Source: Lytechinus pictus
Lineage: Eukaryota
Length of the DNA stretch: 64,000 nucleotides
Reading direction: 5' to 3'
NCBI RefSeq assembly: GCF_037042905.1
Contig: NC_087252.1
Coordinates: 27,344,001-27,408,000 of the forward strand
Of the stretch, positions 38,239 to 52,100 are shown one piece after another; the first letter of the stretch is position 1, and every line of letters starts with the position of its first letter. Below the pieces are notes generated by a model. That model was not told where the DNA came from, ran no database searches, and saw nothing but the letters and a program-made list of their open reading frames with translations. The position numbers were made by a program, and so were the translations under genes.

Positions 38239-41200
38239 TGTTACACCCACAAATGTAATAATCGCCCACAAATGTAATAACGCCCACAAATGTAATAACA
38301 CTTTACCCACAAATGTAATAACGCCCACAAATGTAATAACACTTTACCCACAAATGTAATAAATTTGAAGGGATTTTTGGCGAATCCGTTCTAAACTGAA
38401 ATCCTATAGTAATACGCTCATATAGCACAAAAGTGCAAAGTCTTTATCTCCAGACCCGGTTAATAAAGAAAGTATAATATAATCCAAAGTATTTTCTTCC
38501 AGACCCGGTTGTTTCAATAATTATAATATAAGTTCAAAGTCTTTTTTCCAGACCAAGTTGTTTAAAAAATTATAATATAAGTCCAAAGTCTATTTTTCCA
38601 GACCCAGTTGTTAAAAAAATTATAATATAAGTTCAAAGTCTTTTTTCCAGACCTGGTTGTTTAAAAAATTATAATATAAGTTCAGTCTTTTTTTCCAGAC
38701 CCGGTTGTTTCAAAAATTATAGTATAAGTCCAAAGTCTTTTTCCAAACCCGGTTGTTTCAAAAATTATAATATAAGTTCAAAGTCTTTTTTCCAGACCCG
38801 GTTGTTAAAAAAAATTATAATATAATATAAGTCCAAAGTCTTTTTTCCAGACCCGGTTATTTCAAAAATTATGATATAAGTCCAAACTAAGATATGATAA
38901 TGATATTCCAGTGAAATAAAAATGAGAATCGAGCTTAGTCTTTTTCCAGACCCAGTTAAGTAAAACTGGTGGAATTAGTGTCTTTGTTGTTGTTTTCACT
39001 TATACGGCGCATATCAACGAACGTAGAGGGCAGCAACACACAAGCGTGTTGCTATTAGGAAGGTCCACTCGATACGCGCATACAAATGAAGTGCGCGAAC
39101 AATTTGGTAGTCATACCAACGAAACCATGATCCGATACAATACACTCACGGAGTGACAGCAAAATAGAGGTAAACTAATAGATTATGACAATAGTAGATT
39201 AAAACAATGAAAACAAAAAATACATTACAAATTGAATAATAATGTACCACATTCTTAAAATAATCTATCACTAAATTATTGTCACAATTTTTTTGTACAT
39301 CTTCAGTAAGACAGGAATAAATTCTGTCATAAATAAACCAGTCTGCTAATTTCACCCGGATTTAGCCAAGTCATTTTGTGACCACCGAAAACCTCTCAGA
39401 GCACTTTTTTAGTAGATTGTAGAGTTGATTTATTTTCATTTCCTCTTGATCATTATTTTTGCTTGAAATGTTTTTACATCAAATATCATGCTTAAAAATA
39501 TGAAATACTTGTTCCTGTATTTTTCATAAAATATTACATGGTGGTGACAACAGTTTCATGACTTTGCATATCAATATGATAACAAGTATACGTGAGGTTG
39601 ATACGTCTTCATCTAAATTTCGCTGCACCATAATGCGCCTACACAATCCAGCACCGCCTCTTGAGTATACAAGCGCCATGGCTGGCATGACCTCGCCGGC
39701 GCCCCGGGCCGGTCGGTGCTGAGGTAGGGTACGGTGGGCTGCATGCATATGCTAACACAAATTTTTGTAAAATTATAGAATTAAAATAGTAGATGTGACA
39801 TAGACCTTCGCCCCTTGATAGTTCGTCTCAAGTCAAGAACCGTCGGAATATACATAGCTCGATACTGAACCAGATAATTTCTGTCTAACATTATGTCTAA
39901 CGTTAGACTGGGACTTGGCTTTGCTGTTTAGTGGTCGTATTCGATCCTGTCTGATGGATTGCAAAATGTGGGTTGGATTTGTGGATATAGCATAATTATT
40001 TTAGATTTTCAGACTACAATCTACACTGTAAGTGAAAATTTAAATTTTAACCTTGAATATTTATCGTTACTCATCCGCCATAGTGCCACATCAATGACAG
40101 ACCAAGTCTATATCTTTCAAGTCCATATCTAGCTAAGTCGAGTCGCGTCGAGATTATTATGTCAGTGCAGTGAGCATTATCATTCACACAGCGCAGTACG
40201 CGCACCGAGGTACAGGTGACCGGGGAAGTTTCGGCGCGGCCAGACCGTACCGGTACATCACGGTCTTGGCTCTGGCGTTAGCTTGTGTAGATTTGGTAGG
40301 GGCAGCGAAATGAAGCAGAAGAACGGTAACACAAATGTCATCAGTCTTTGTATTTTTATTGCTATGTAAACTACAAGAATCATGATTACCTTTTGTCTTA
40401 CAATTTAAAAAAAATAAAAATATGCTAAAATAATATTATTTAACATATTTTCTTGGAGATTTTATTATCAATAAAAAATAGTAAAATTGAACAAACGAAA
40501 AAAAATCAACTCTACAATCTTCCAAAAAAGTGCTCTGGGAGAAAATGGTCACAAAATCTGAGCGGAGTGGACCTTCCTAAAAGCAATACTGCAAAGTGTT
40601 GCTGCCCTCTACGTTCGTTGGCGCATATTGTGAATATATGCGCTTAGGGTAAATTGAGAATCGAGCATAGTCTTTTCTCCAGACCCGGTAACTAAAACTA
40701 AAACCCTATAGTAATGTGTTCGTGTAGCACAAATGTGCAAAGTCTTTTTTTCAGACCCGGTTAATTCAAAAATTATTATAAGTCCAATGTCTTTTTTCCA
40801 GACCCGGTTGTTAAAAAAATTATACTGTAAGTTCAAAGTCTTTTTTCCAGACCCGGTTGTTTCAAAAATTATAATATAATTTCAAAGTCTTTTTTCCAGA
40901 TCCGGTTGCTTTAAAAATTATAATATAAGTCAAAACTAAAACAACAAAACAAAGACCTATGGTGTAGTCTTTGCTCCAGACTTATTTATTTCAAAATAGG
41001 AAATAATAAGAAACAATAAAAAAAAAACTATATCAACAAAGACCCCACAATATCATTGATGTAGAATAACGTTGTTATTGTTATCTTGGGTTTTAAGGTG
41101 CGTATCATTCAGATATGAACATTTACGCCTATGATTAATTTGTCGTTTTTGTGGTATGCTTTATCACAGGGTTTTATTAGTTTAGAAGATGCTGGGGTTA

Positions 41201-43140
41201 AGTCTTAAGATTAAAGTTTCGCTTAATTTGTATTTTTTCAGAAAACCGGGTGTGGGGTACAGACAACACTCTAAACCCAAGCATTTTAACTGGGCTTAAT
41301 TTTGAAATTTGGTCTTAGTTTTTTTCCTCAATATTTCTTTGTTTTTTGAATAACCGGGTCTAGACGAAAGACTATGCATAATACTCGTGTTATTCCACAG
41401 GAATAAGAATATGACAAAGTCTTGTGTTTTTAAGACTGTTTGAATTATTTTTTAAATGACTGGGTCTGGAATAAAGACAACGCTCTAAACATGTGCTTTT
41501 CTACATGGTCTTAATTTGGAGGATTGTTTGTTCTTAGATTCGTTGTTGGGGTTGGGTTTTATTGCTTTTTTATTCTTGAAATAACTGTGTCTGGAGGAAA
41601 GTCTACAATCGATCTTCATGTTATTCCACAGTAATTAGATTATTGGGTATTCATTTTAGAATATTTGTAAAAACTATTTTTTTTTCAAATAATAACCAAG
41701 TCTGGAGAAATGATGTTTGCTTTACCCATGCATTATTACAATGTTTTGTAAGGGTCTTAGTATTATTAAAAAAAAAACTGTGTGCGGGGTAAATACATAT
41801 TTTTACACCCAGTTACACCCAGTAAGGGTGTAACTTTTGAAGATTGGTCTTAGATTTGAACTGTTGAAGTTTTTTTAATTCATTTTTTTTAAATAACCGG
41901 GTCTGGTGAAAAGAGTACGTTTTAAAACTCGTGTTATTCCAGAAGAATAAGAATATGATATAGTCTAACGTTAGAAGATTTTTTTTTGGTAATTTTGTTA
42001 ATGATTAGGTCTGGAATAAAGACAATGCTCTAAACCTCTTTTTAAAACAGGTTCTTAGGTTGAAGGATTGTTTGGTCTTAGATTTGGAATTTTCTTATTA
42101 TTACTGCTAGCGTTATTTAAAAAAAAAACTGGGTCTGGCTGAAAGACTATGCTATATGTCCATGTTATCCAGCATTAATAGGATTATGGGGTCTTTATAC
42201 TGTTTTTGTTGTTGTTATATTGTTATTTATAATTTTCGAATAACAGGGTTTGGAGAAAAGACTAAGCTCGATTTTTATTTTTATTCCACTGGAATATCAT
42301 TATGGTATCTTAGTTTGGACTTATATTACAATTTTTGAAATAACTGGGTCTGGAAAAAAGACTTTGGACTTATGTTGTAATGTTTGAAACAACCGGGTCT
42401 GGAAAAAGACTTTGGACTTAAATTATAATTTTTGAAACAACCGGGTCTTGAAAAAAGACTTAATTTAGACTTATATCATAAATATTTAATTAACCAGGTC
42501 TGGAAAAAAGACTTTGCACTTTTGTGCTATATGAACGCATTACTATAAGGATGTAGTTTTTAGTTTTAAGTAACCGGGTGTGGAGAAAGACTACGCTTGA
42601 TTCTCAATTTACTCTTAGCGCATATATTCACAAAGCGCACCGTGTAAGTTCAAACAACAACAAAGACATTAATTCCATCAGTTTTAATTAACTGGGTCTG
42701 GAGAAAAGACTAAGCTCGATTCTCATTTTCATTCCACTGGAATATCATTATCGTATCCTAGTTTGGATTTATTTTATATTTTTTTAGATAACCGTGTCTG
42801 GAAAAAAAGACTTTGGACTTATATTATAATTTTTGAAACAACCAGGTCTGGAAAAAAGACTTTATATCATATTATAATTTTTGAATTAATCGGGTCTGGA
42901 AAAAAGACTTTACACGTTTGTGCTATATGAACGCATTACTATAGGATTTCAGTTTAGAACGGATTCGCCAAAAATCCCTTCAAATTTATTACATTTGTGG
43001 GTAAAGTCATTATTACATTTGTGGGCGATCAAAAATTATTACATTTGTGGGTAAAGTGTTATTACATTTGTGGGCGTTATTACATTTGTGGGTAAAGTGT
43101 TATTACATTTGTGGGCGTTATTACATTTGTGGGTGCAACA
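38239..43140. mobile_element. 4.9-kb foldback-type non-autonomous element
   Basis: Ends TGTTACACCCACAAATGTAATAA ... TTATTACATTTGTGGGTGCAACA. Terminal tandem arrays of CCCACAAATGTAATAA; long inverted arms containing ~58-bp units (CCAGACCCGGTTGTTTCAAAAATTATAATATAAGTCCAAAGTC); no long ORF. Confidence 0.85.
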
Positions 43141-43473
43141 GGGGTTACTTACATTGACGAGTGGATATCATGCGCGACCCCACACGTAATTAAGGATGTC
43201 TTTTTCAAGATAGGGCACGTTGCGCAAGTGGGACTGTACTAAACCGAATGATGTAGCGGTAAAGGTAAAAACCGACGACCGATATCGCGGTACTTGCCAG
43301 TAGTATCGTTTTGTTTCCAATACTTGTTAAGGGTATGATTTCACACGCCAATATTTGTTAAGGGGTGCATTTCAGAGTATGGAAAATACGTGTTTAGGGT
43401 GCTTTTTGAGACCTCATGGTCGCGCATGGTATCCACACGTCAATGGAAGTGCCCCCTCCCCCCCCCCCCCCCG
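43141..43473. mobile_element. Palindromic MITE whose G-rich left end (38219-38238) was split off by the foldback insertion
   Basis: ACTTACATTGACGAGTGGATATCATGCGCGACC is inverted relative to GGTCGCGCATGGTATCCACACGTCAATGGAAGT. The CCC..CCGG end mirrors CCGG..GG at 38219. Confidence 0.65.
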
Positions 43474-43488
43474 GATCTGATGCTTTAC

Positions 43489-43644
43489 CTATTTGACATG
43501 ACTTCTTCATCACTGAATGTGACATGGTAGACCCCGGTTTTCCAAAAGACCTCTTCTTGTCTGTAAGAAACTTTATGGTACCGGCTATTTCCTTCTCGTC
43601 TCCAGCCTCTGGTCTGCATTTCTCACCTTCCTTCACTCTCGTAT
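43489..43644 (-). CDS. Probable upstream coding exon (phase 1-1, 156 nt), possibly of the FReD gene
   Basis: catcag|AT ACG AGA ... ATA G|gtaaag bounds an open frame (TRVKEGEKCRPEAGDEKEIAG...KKSCQI). Phase is compatible with the next FReD exon. Confidence 0.45.
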
Positions 43645-44349
43645 CTGATGAATAAGATATATTAATGCACAAAAAAATTAATGCCATATACAGCGCATGT
43701 GATATTGGGAGATTTAACAACACCTACCCACCCCCCCCCCCCCCCCCAAAAAAAAAAGGAGAATTTTTTTTTTTTTATAAAAGGAGACAAAGTCGCATAA
43801 CACTGACAATTTCATATCAAATTGAGAAAGTTTAAAGGTGTGCTTGTTATGCACAAAACCGGCAATCTGAAAATTCTTTTTAAAAAATCGGTAACGTGAC
43901 ACAATCGCATTTCATTTTGTATTTCTTTGTAAGAAACATTGTGATTTTAGTAAATTCGGTGATAAGTTAATGCATCATAAAACTCCGTTATCATGTGATA
44001 TTGTAAAGGTTGTCCGATTAAATCATTCTATATGCTATTTCCTCCACTTTATATATGTTGTTTTATTGAGGCAAATACATTCATAAATAAATCTTGTACT
44101 TTATTTGAATCGTGACATGCACTTCGGGAAATTATGTTAGGAGTCCACTGGGCCAGCGTCAGTTCTAATTTGCGCCAGTTGGAGCCAGTTCGCGCAAATT
44201 CAAGGCGGCTGTGGCGCCTAGTGTCGCCAATGAGGTGCCTGGTGGCGTGCACTGGCTCAAACTGCTCCTCAATATAAGTGCGCGGTGGCCCGTAACGGCG
44301 CCAAACGAAAAAAATCAAAATGTTTGAAAATACAGCGATAAAATTACAT

Positions 44350-45500
44350 TTTAATTTCAATTCAATTTATTAATAATTCATAAAATGCAAAGCAGATATA
44401 TACAATAAAATGTGTATGGGCATCACAACAAAAGCCTATGGCTTGCTAAACAGTGATCCCCTTACATACAAAATATACATTATGACATGGTAAATCAAGA
44501 ACTTAAAAGAACAATCAAATATATAATAGGTAAATTACTCAATTACAACCAGACTACAAACAACAGACACAAAAAACCACACACACACACACAAAATGTT
44601 TGTGTAGGTTTTGTAGAATCAATATGCAGATAATTTTTTTTTTCTATATTTAGATTTAAAAGCATATTGTGAATGTATATTTTTTATTTATTTCAGATGT
44701 AAGAGCATTCCATAACTTTGTACATTAAAAGATGATGGAGTTACGCTGAGTGAGATATAAACGACAATGTGGCAAGATAGCGTTATTCTTATCACGTGTA
44801 TTAAATGAGTGCTTAAATTTACTGTTAGAAAATAAATCATCTAAAATAGGAGGTAGTGAGCCATTAAAATGAGTTATTTAAGTTTTTGAAAAGAGAAGTA
44901 GTATGAGCAAGGTAGTGCGAGTTTGTGCACAGCCGAATTGCTTTCGTTTGCAAAACAAATAACCGATTGATGTTTTTTTTTTTGAAGTAGTACCTGACCA
45001 AACTATTCCACAATAATCTAAATGCGGCAAGATGAAGGCATTGTATAACATGAATAAGGTTTTTAAAGGTATGAAATGACGAAATTTGCGCATAATACCT
45101 ATGTACATACTTATTTTCCCATGAATATTATTAACATGCTCTGTCCAATTTAGTCTTTCGTCGATTGTTACACCTAAAAGATTTATGCTATGAACATTTT
45201 CGATTTCAGTATTATCTATTTTAACTGTGAAGTTAGGGACAGAATGTTTTTTGAATGAACGGAATATGTACTTGGTTTTACATACATTAATCATCAATTT
45301 ATTTGCTTTAAGCCAATTTGCAACGGAAAAAAGTTCACTATTAGCTAATTCAATCAATTTTAGTTCATTTTTATGTGACAATGTAATATTAGTATCATCT
45401 GCATACAGTACAAATTTTGATATTTTAGAGAAATAGATATATCATTAACATAAATTAAAAACAACAAAGGACCTAGTATACTTCCTTGCTGGACACCGCA
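44350..45500 (-). mobile_element. 5'-truncated, frameshifted LINE (L2/Crack/CR1 group) RT C-terminus and 3' UTR
   Basis: Minus-strand translation gives CGVQQGSILGPLLFLIYVND, LYADDT, WLKANKL, LGVTIDERLNW and ILPHLDYC, followed by AATAAA and a short-repeat tail. Confidence 0.85.
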
Positions 45501-45734
45501 TGTTATTGGCAAAATATTTTAGCGTTACATTGCGCGTTCTATGTACTGTTCGATCTTCCCCTGTCATGCCTGTAGTATATATGATTTGGCACGATCACAA
45601 TTTTAAAATGTTTGAAACTTTCGTCACGCGAAATTCATTTTTTTTTTTTGCGCCGTTGCACGCCACCACGAGCGTGCTGGTAGGCAGTTTGAGCCACTAC
45701 ACGCCTGTAGGAACCTCATTGACTACTACTAATA

Positions 45735-46455
45735 ACAATACTCAATATTTATAACGCCTTTTCCCACATGGCCCCATGCACTCACAATTTCAGTTTAACT
45801 AATTTGTGAAAAAATAGAATGACATATTAAATGAAGGCAGTTGTCTAGAACAAAAATAAAAGTTTTAATGGACTTCTTAAATGACTCAATAATTGGGAAT
45901 TGTCTTAATATGAGAGGGAGTTTGTTCCATATAACGCGCTTTTCCCACATGGCCCAAAGCACTCACAATTTAAGTTTAAATGATTTGTATTTAAAAAATA
46001 GAATGACATATTAAATGAAAGCAGTTGTCTAGAACAAAAATAAAAGTTTTAAGGGACTTCTTAAATGACTCAATAATTGGGGATTGTCTTAATGTGAGAG
46101 GGAGTTTGTTCCATTCCACTGAGGATGCAACAGTGAATGTCTCCGGTCTGTTTTCGTTTAGTTGAATATGTTAATTTAAGTGGGTCTAGGTTATAGTGAT
46201 TTGTATACAAAAAGAAGCAACTTAAAAATAATCCGTTGTCTAATAGGGAGCCAGTGTAAATTATGTAACAGGGGTTTCAGGTGTATCACGGCGGACTTCA
46301 AAAATAAGCCTAATTCTGGAGGTGCTGGAGACGGTTGATGTGAGCCACTGGTATTGAAGAAAGAAGACCATTACAGAAATCAAGACGAGAAAGAATAAGG
46401 GAGCGTGTGGCATGGTTAGCAGATGACTGATCAATAAACCTATGAATTCTAGTTA
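45735..46455 (-). mobile_element. L2-type LINE 3' remnant with ~180-bp duplicated 3' end
   Basis: Translates to LILSRLDFCNGLL, RLQHLQN, LHWLPIRQRIIFKLLLFVYK and WNKLP. Segment ~45750-45930 is repeated at ~45931-46110. Confidence 0.75.
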
Positions 46456-47601
46456 TTCCTCAAATGATATGTGACAGTATAACAGTTGAAATATGATCAT
46501 TGCATTGACGCTAACTGGCGCAGGCCCAATTATGCTTATCACACATTTTGTGCATGTGGACATTTTACAAAACGGGCTGTATGTCATTGTATGCCTGCTT
46601 ATCAACTGAAAATAAAATCCCGTTCATGATTACAAAAAGTGCTTGAAATGCCCCTTTTCAGGTCTTGAAACTAAAAGAAAACTATAACATCAATGATATG
46701 GTGCTCATCCGGCATCTTGCAACGAAACTTAACACTATCTTTAATTTCAGCTCAGTTGACACTGTAGGGAATAATATTGGTTATATAAACTGAGGAAACA
46801 GAATTGAAATTGATGAAGAAATGACATAGAAGGAACCATTTTGTGTTTTATGAATAAATTTCGTATAAATTGCCATAACAATTTTTCTATTCAAAATTTC
46901 AAAATTTCTTTGTAGAAGTTTGGTGAACCTCATTAAGTTCTAGCAGATGGAATCAAAAATAAAGAAGGAGAAGCATTTCTCGTGAATTTTGAAAAATACG
47001 CATAAATACGCATAATTTATGAGTTTCGAAATTTTGTGTAGAAGTTTTGAATCCCAACCTAGAGTTATGAAAAAGCAAACAGAATTGAAATCGGACTTGA
47101 AATGATGAAAATGAAGCAAATTGTGGACGGGCGACAGACGACGGACGCCACGCCACGACATAAGCTCATTTGGCCCTTTAGGCCGGATGAGCTAAAAAAA
47201 AAATCAGCTCGCGATGTTTTATTAAATGGATGCGTATAAACTATCCTGCAAACAGTTCTTAAAATGTGTCATTTCCAGGTTAGGAACTAAACAAAAATAC
47301 AACTCGTTTCCCCTAAAATTAAAGGTAATTTTATCAAGCAAGCAAAAAAAATTCCTCACTTTCAAGGGGGGGGGGGGGCACACTTAAGTAAAAACGGTAT
47401 ATTTACATTACAAATCTTGATTATGGCTCTCAATGGGGAGCACGGGCTGGCTGCCAACCCCCCCCCCCCCCCCCCGTCCGCCACTGAGATTAACCATCAA
47501 CTCGTGCTTCGCACACGGATGTGACATGACTTCGAGCTAAACGGACGCATTGAGCAGAGCTCCCACCACCCTTTGAGATTACACGTTACATAATAGAAAT
47601 T

Positions 47602-48468
47602 ATGGCATCCCATGGTCCGAGGCCTGTTACCCGGCAAACTGCAAGTAAGCAGCCGGCCCCGTCGGCACCCTTGACTGACAAAGTTCGTTCGCCTACCACC
47701 CCGGATCCCTCTAACGCTGTTTTACAACGAGATATTGCAGACTTTTCTGACAAAATATTATCTAAACTTGATAATATCAACACCGAGCTGCAATCATTCA
47801 ATCGCCGCCTGACAGATGTGGAATCTACAGTGGAGCATAATTCTGCAAAAATATGGGATGTGGAAAATTCAATACCGACTACCATCGCGCCCCTACAAGA
47901 CGAAATCGCTAATCTGAAAGAGAAACTGCTTCTGATGGAGATTTACAATCGAAAGCCGAATTTGTTATTCTACGGAGTTGAAAGCGACCCGAATGAGGAT
48001 ATCTATATCACGCTAGTTAAGGTTTTCATCCTGCTTGGAATTGACGAAGAAAATGCCAAAGGGATCCAATTCATCAACGCCCACCGACTACCCTCTCGCA
48101 ACCAACCCAGGACCCCAGACGCCGGTGCCCCAGCCCGTCCCCGACCTGCTCCGATAATTGCTAAGTTCCAGAAAATGCCTGACAGAGATCTCATTCTTAC
48201 TACTTTTGAGAACCTAAGACGCCCGAAGGAAACATCACAGCAACTAGGATTAGCAGCTGAAATGCAACCACCACTACCTCCCCCTCGCATAACGGTCAGA
48301 ACGGATCTCCCTCCCAGCCTGAAGGTTCACCGCGGCCACCTTGCAGAAATTGCTTACAAGTTGCGAAAGGAAAAAAACCAATCTACGAGAATAAAGTTAC
48401 AAGGTGCAAAAATCGTTCTCCAGTGGAAGGAAAAGGGTACAACCACATGGAATCCCTACAGAGAATGA
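47602..48468 (+). CDS. LINE ORF1p-like protein (coiled coil + RRM + CTD, L1/Transposase_22-like), 288 aa
   Basis: Heptad-rich segment (LSKLDNINTELQSFNRRLTDVE...), followed by RKPNLLFYGV, AHRL, PIIAKF and RTDLP, as in non-LTR ORF1 proteins. Confidence 0.8.
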   Translation: MASHGPRPVTRQTASKQPAPSAPLTDKVRSPTTPDPSNAVLQRDIADFSDKILSKLDNINTELQSFNRRLTDVESTVEHNSAKIWDVENSIPTTIAPLQDEIANLKEKLLLMEIYNRKPNLLFYGVESDPNEDIYITLVKVFILLGIDEENAKGIQFINAHRLPSRNQPRTPDAGAPARPRPAPIIAKFQKMPDRDLILTTFENLRRPKETSQQLGLAAEMQPPLPPPRITVRTDLPPSLKVHRGHLAEIAYKLRKEKNQSTRIKLQGAKIVLQWKEKGTTTWNPYRE

Positions 48469-49199
48469 ACAAATTCAACGTTATACCAGGTGATATGACT
48501 TAAACTTTCTATCTTACTCCTTCACCTTTTTAATGCAACGAGAACTGAAGATTTAACAGTTTTCCCTAGAAAAAATGAAACATCGCATTTCCCTTATCAG
48601 AATTCGTTTGTTTATTACTGAGTGTCATCTGATTTTCTTTGCCTTGTTTTTGAATATAAATACCATATTTTGAACGTGATAGTGAACGTTTAATACCCTA
48701 ATTTATATGGAAAAAACAATTTTTTTTTAATGTGTCTGTAAACCTTCAAACTACTTTCAAATTGTTCTTTCAATTTGATAATTTGTATTCCTTTCAAAGC
48801 CAGAGACATTGATGAAATTCTGCTTTTTTTTTGAAGTTTTTTAAAATAGCAAGTAGCCATATTTTCTTCAGCAAACAAATGTTGGGAGATAAAAAAAAAA
48901 TACATAAATAAAATGATCCAAAGTATATATTAATGTACTAATTTTCAATATTTTAGATATTTCAAATCATAACCAAGCACTAAGTCAAGTACAGCAGATA
49001 TCAATATTATGAAGTACTTTTCATACAAACCGAATGTCTGCTACACTTTGGGAATACATGTATTTTTTTTTTTTTTAATTCTCGAAATCTACAGATTTTA
49101 TACATTGCACTTAACTCAACCCTAGTAGCAGATGTATGTGGAACTATATTGCATCGTTCAAGTTGATTTTTGGGTTGATGTTTTACAAATATCAGTTAT

Positions 49200-52100
49200 A
49201 GATCGAAGGGGAGGGGGAAAGAAAAAGGGAAAAAAAGCCCCAGGAGGAACATGACATTTAAATCCCCCTTCCTGTTTCTTAAGAATATCATATTTTAATG
49301 CCATGACTAGATACAAGGAGAAGCGTGTACTATCCATTGCTCTCTGTATCTTTCTCTAAAAAAATAATAATAAAAAAATCATATGCATAATGTAATCACC
49401 GAATTGGTAACCAATCTATATAAAACTTTTTATACTTCGATTACCTCTAGATTCTTGACAATTAAACCCCAACACTTAATGAAACTGATGTATTCATGTG
49501 GTAATTGCACCTTCATTGATCACCTCAACTATTTTAATCGATGTAATCCAATTTCTTTGACAAGTAATAGATGAAGGTGTTTATTATCTCTATTGTTCAT
49601 GATACCAACTATGTTAAACGATTTGTAATCCAATTGTATGACAATCAATGAATTCTTGTGGTTAATTCCATTGTTCATGCATGGTATGACATTAACACCA
49701 GTCGCGTGCCTGCATGCCTTATATACGTACACTGTTTGATTATATGGGCGTGGCTATCCAATATTTGAACAAGATGCACCTACCATGCCTACGTGTGTCT
49801 CAGATTCGCTTTATGATCGAAAACACGCATGCAACCTTGCTAGAAAGGGTGTGGCTAGACATGCTTGAACAAACCTCCATCTATTCAACTAACATGTTCG
49901 CTATTATATGCATGGTTAATTTCAATCTGCCTTACCAATAACATTGGCTTGTTAAATATGTTAATTTTAACTTGTGTCTCCCGACACCCTTGCACATGCG
50001 TTGTTTGATCAGAGAAGGCGGGCTATTTCATGCATGATTAATGCACACCTATTTCTTGCTTTTAATTCACTAAAACGCCCAACGGGTCATGGCTTTACAC
50101 CCGGCTTTAATACATTTCATTACATGTATTTCCAAATCAGCCCGATATTCATGTGTATTATTAACTCGCACATGTTCAGCCCCGTGTCTGATCAGAGAAG
50201 GCGTGGCAACTCCGTCATGCATGGCTATCATGACTATATACATAAAATACTCACCAAAGCAGGAGTAAAGTGACTGTTTAATAGGCCTACACTGCATGGG
50301 CATAAATCTACTATTTTAAAACCGATTGATACAATATGAAAATATATTTATTCATTCGCTAGACTTGTACCTATATTTTGTATTTAATAAACCACAAACC
50401 ATTTTAAAGGATTCGAAACAAACACCACTCCATATATTAGGATGGTAAAAGGGGGATATCCTATTTGTACTTCATTGCCTGGTTACCCTTAAAAAATTAG
50501 AGGTCTATGATTATATTTATATAAAATGAAAATTTTTGATTTTTTCCCCCTTCTTTTTACCCCTGATATGTCAGGTTAAACTTAACTTCAACTTCTAATT
50601 CTCAAAAAAAGCATTCAACACTGTATTTTTCTTAAGGAAAAAAAATATATATGATCCACATTTTTGAACGCTTATTGGTTTTTGCTGTGTGTATACATTC
50701 AATGAAATCAAATTTGCTGCTTTTCTTTATCAAAGAAACCCAGGCATATTGTTTGGATTGTAAATTTTCATTTAATATTTACCAACACCATGTTGATGTT
50801 TTATAAAATCGGTTAGATCGGATAAAAAATAGGAGAAAGGAAAAATAAATCTCAAGGGGGAGCATGGCATTTGAATCCCCTTCATGTTTCTTAACAATAT
50901 CATCATTTCAATGCCATGGCTAGATACAAAGAGAAGCGTGTAAAACCCATTGTTCTCTGTATCTTTTTCTAAAAAAATACCTGCTTAATGTAATCTCTGA
51001 ATTGGTAACCACTTTATCAAAATTTTGTAATTTTTTATCGTTCGATCACCTATAGACTCTTTACAATTAAAACATAATACTGAATGAAGCTCAGATGTAT
51101 TCATGTGGTTATTGAACCTTCCTTGATCACCTTCTCAACTATTTTAATCGATGTTATACAATTTGTTTTGACTAAGCAATTGATGAATGTGTTATTATTA
51201 TCTCTATTATTGTTCATGATATACCAACTATGTTAAACGATTAGTAGTCCAATTGTGTGACAATCATTGAATTCTTGTGGTTATTTCCGTTGTTCATGCA
51301 TCTCTCTTTTAGCTCCATGCTCAACACCAGTCGCGTGCCTGCATGCATTATGTACATACACTGTTTGGTTATAGGGGCGTGGCTATCCAATATTGAACAA
51401 GATGCACTTACCATGCCTAAATGTGTCTCAGATTCGCTTTATGATCGAAAAAACGCATGCGACCTTGCATGCTAGAAAGGGTGTGGCTAGACATGCATGA
51501 ACAAACCTCCATCTATTCAACTAACATGTTCACTATTACATGCATGGGCTAATTTCAATATGCCTCAGTGCCTCACCAATAACATTGGCTTGTTAAATAT
51601 GTTAATTTTAACTTGTGTGTCTCCAGACACCTGGCACATGCGTTGTCTGATCAGAGAAGGTGGGCTATTTTATGCTTGATGAACGCACACCTATTTTTGC
51701 TTTTAATTCACCCAAAACGTCCAACGGGTCAGGTATTTAAATACTGATCGATGTGGGCTTTATACTCGGCTTTCATACATTTCATTATTTCCAAATCAAC
51801 ACGATATTCATGTGTATTATTAACTCCACATGTTCAGCCCCGTATCTGGTCAGAGAAGGTATGACAACTCCGACATGCATGACTCATGAATATATGCTCG
51901 CCAAAGCAGGAGTAAAGTCAGAAAATATATATACATTCTTGATTGCTTAATGGTTTTCGTGTACATTTAATGAACTTAAAAATTTGTTGCTTTTTCTTGA
52001 CCAAAGAAACCTAGGCATATTGTTCGGATTGTAAATTTTCATGTTAATGTTTACCAACAGCATGTTGACGATTTTATAAATATCGGTTATTGATCGGAGA

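Noticed and set aside
38250..38900. Regularly spaced repeats resembling a CRISPR array
   Set aside because: No unique spacers, eukaryotic context and no cas genes; these are foldback arm repeats.
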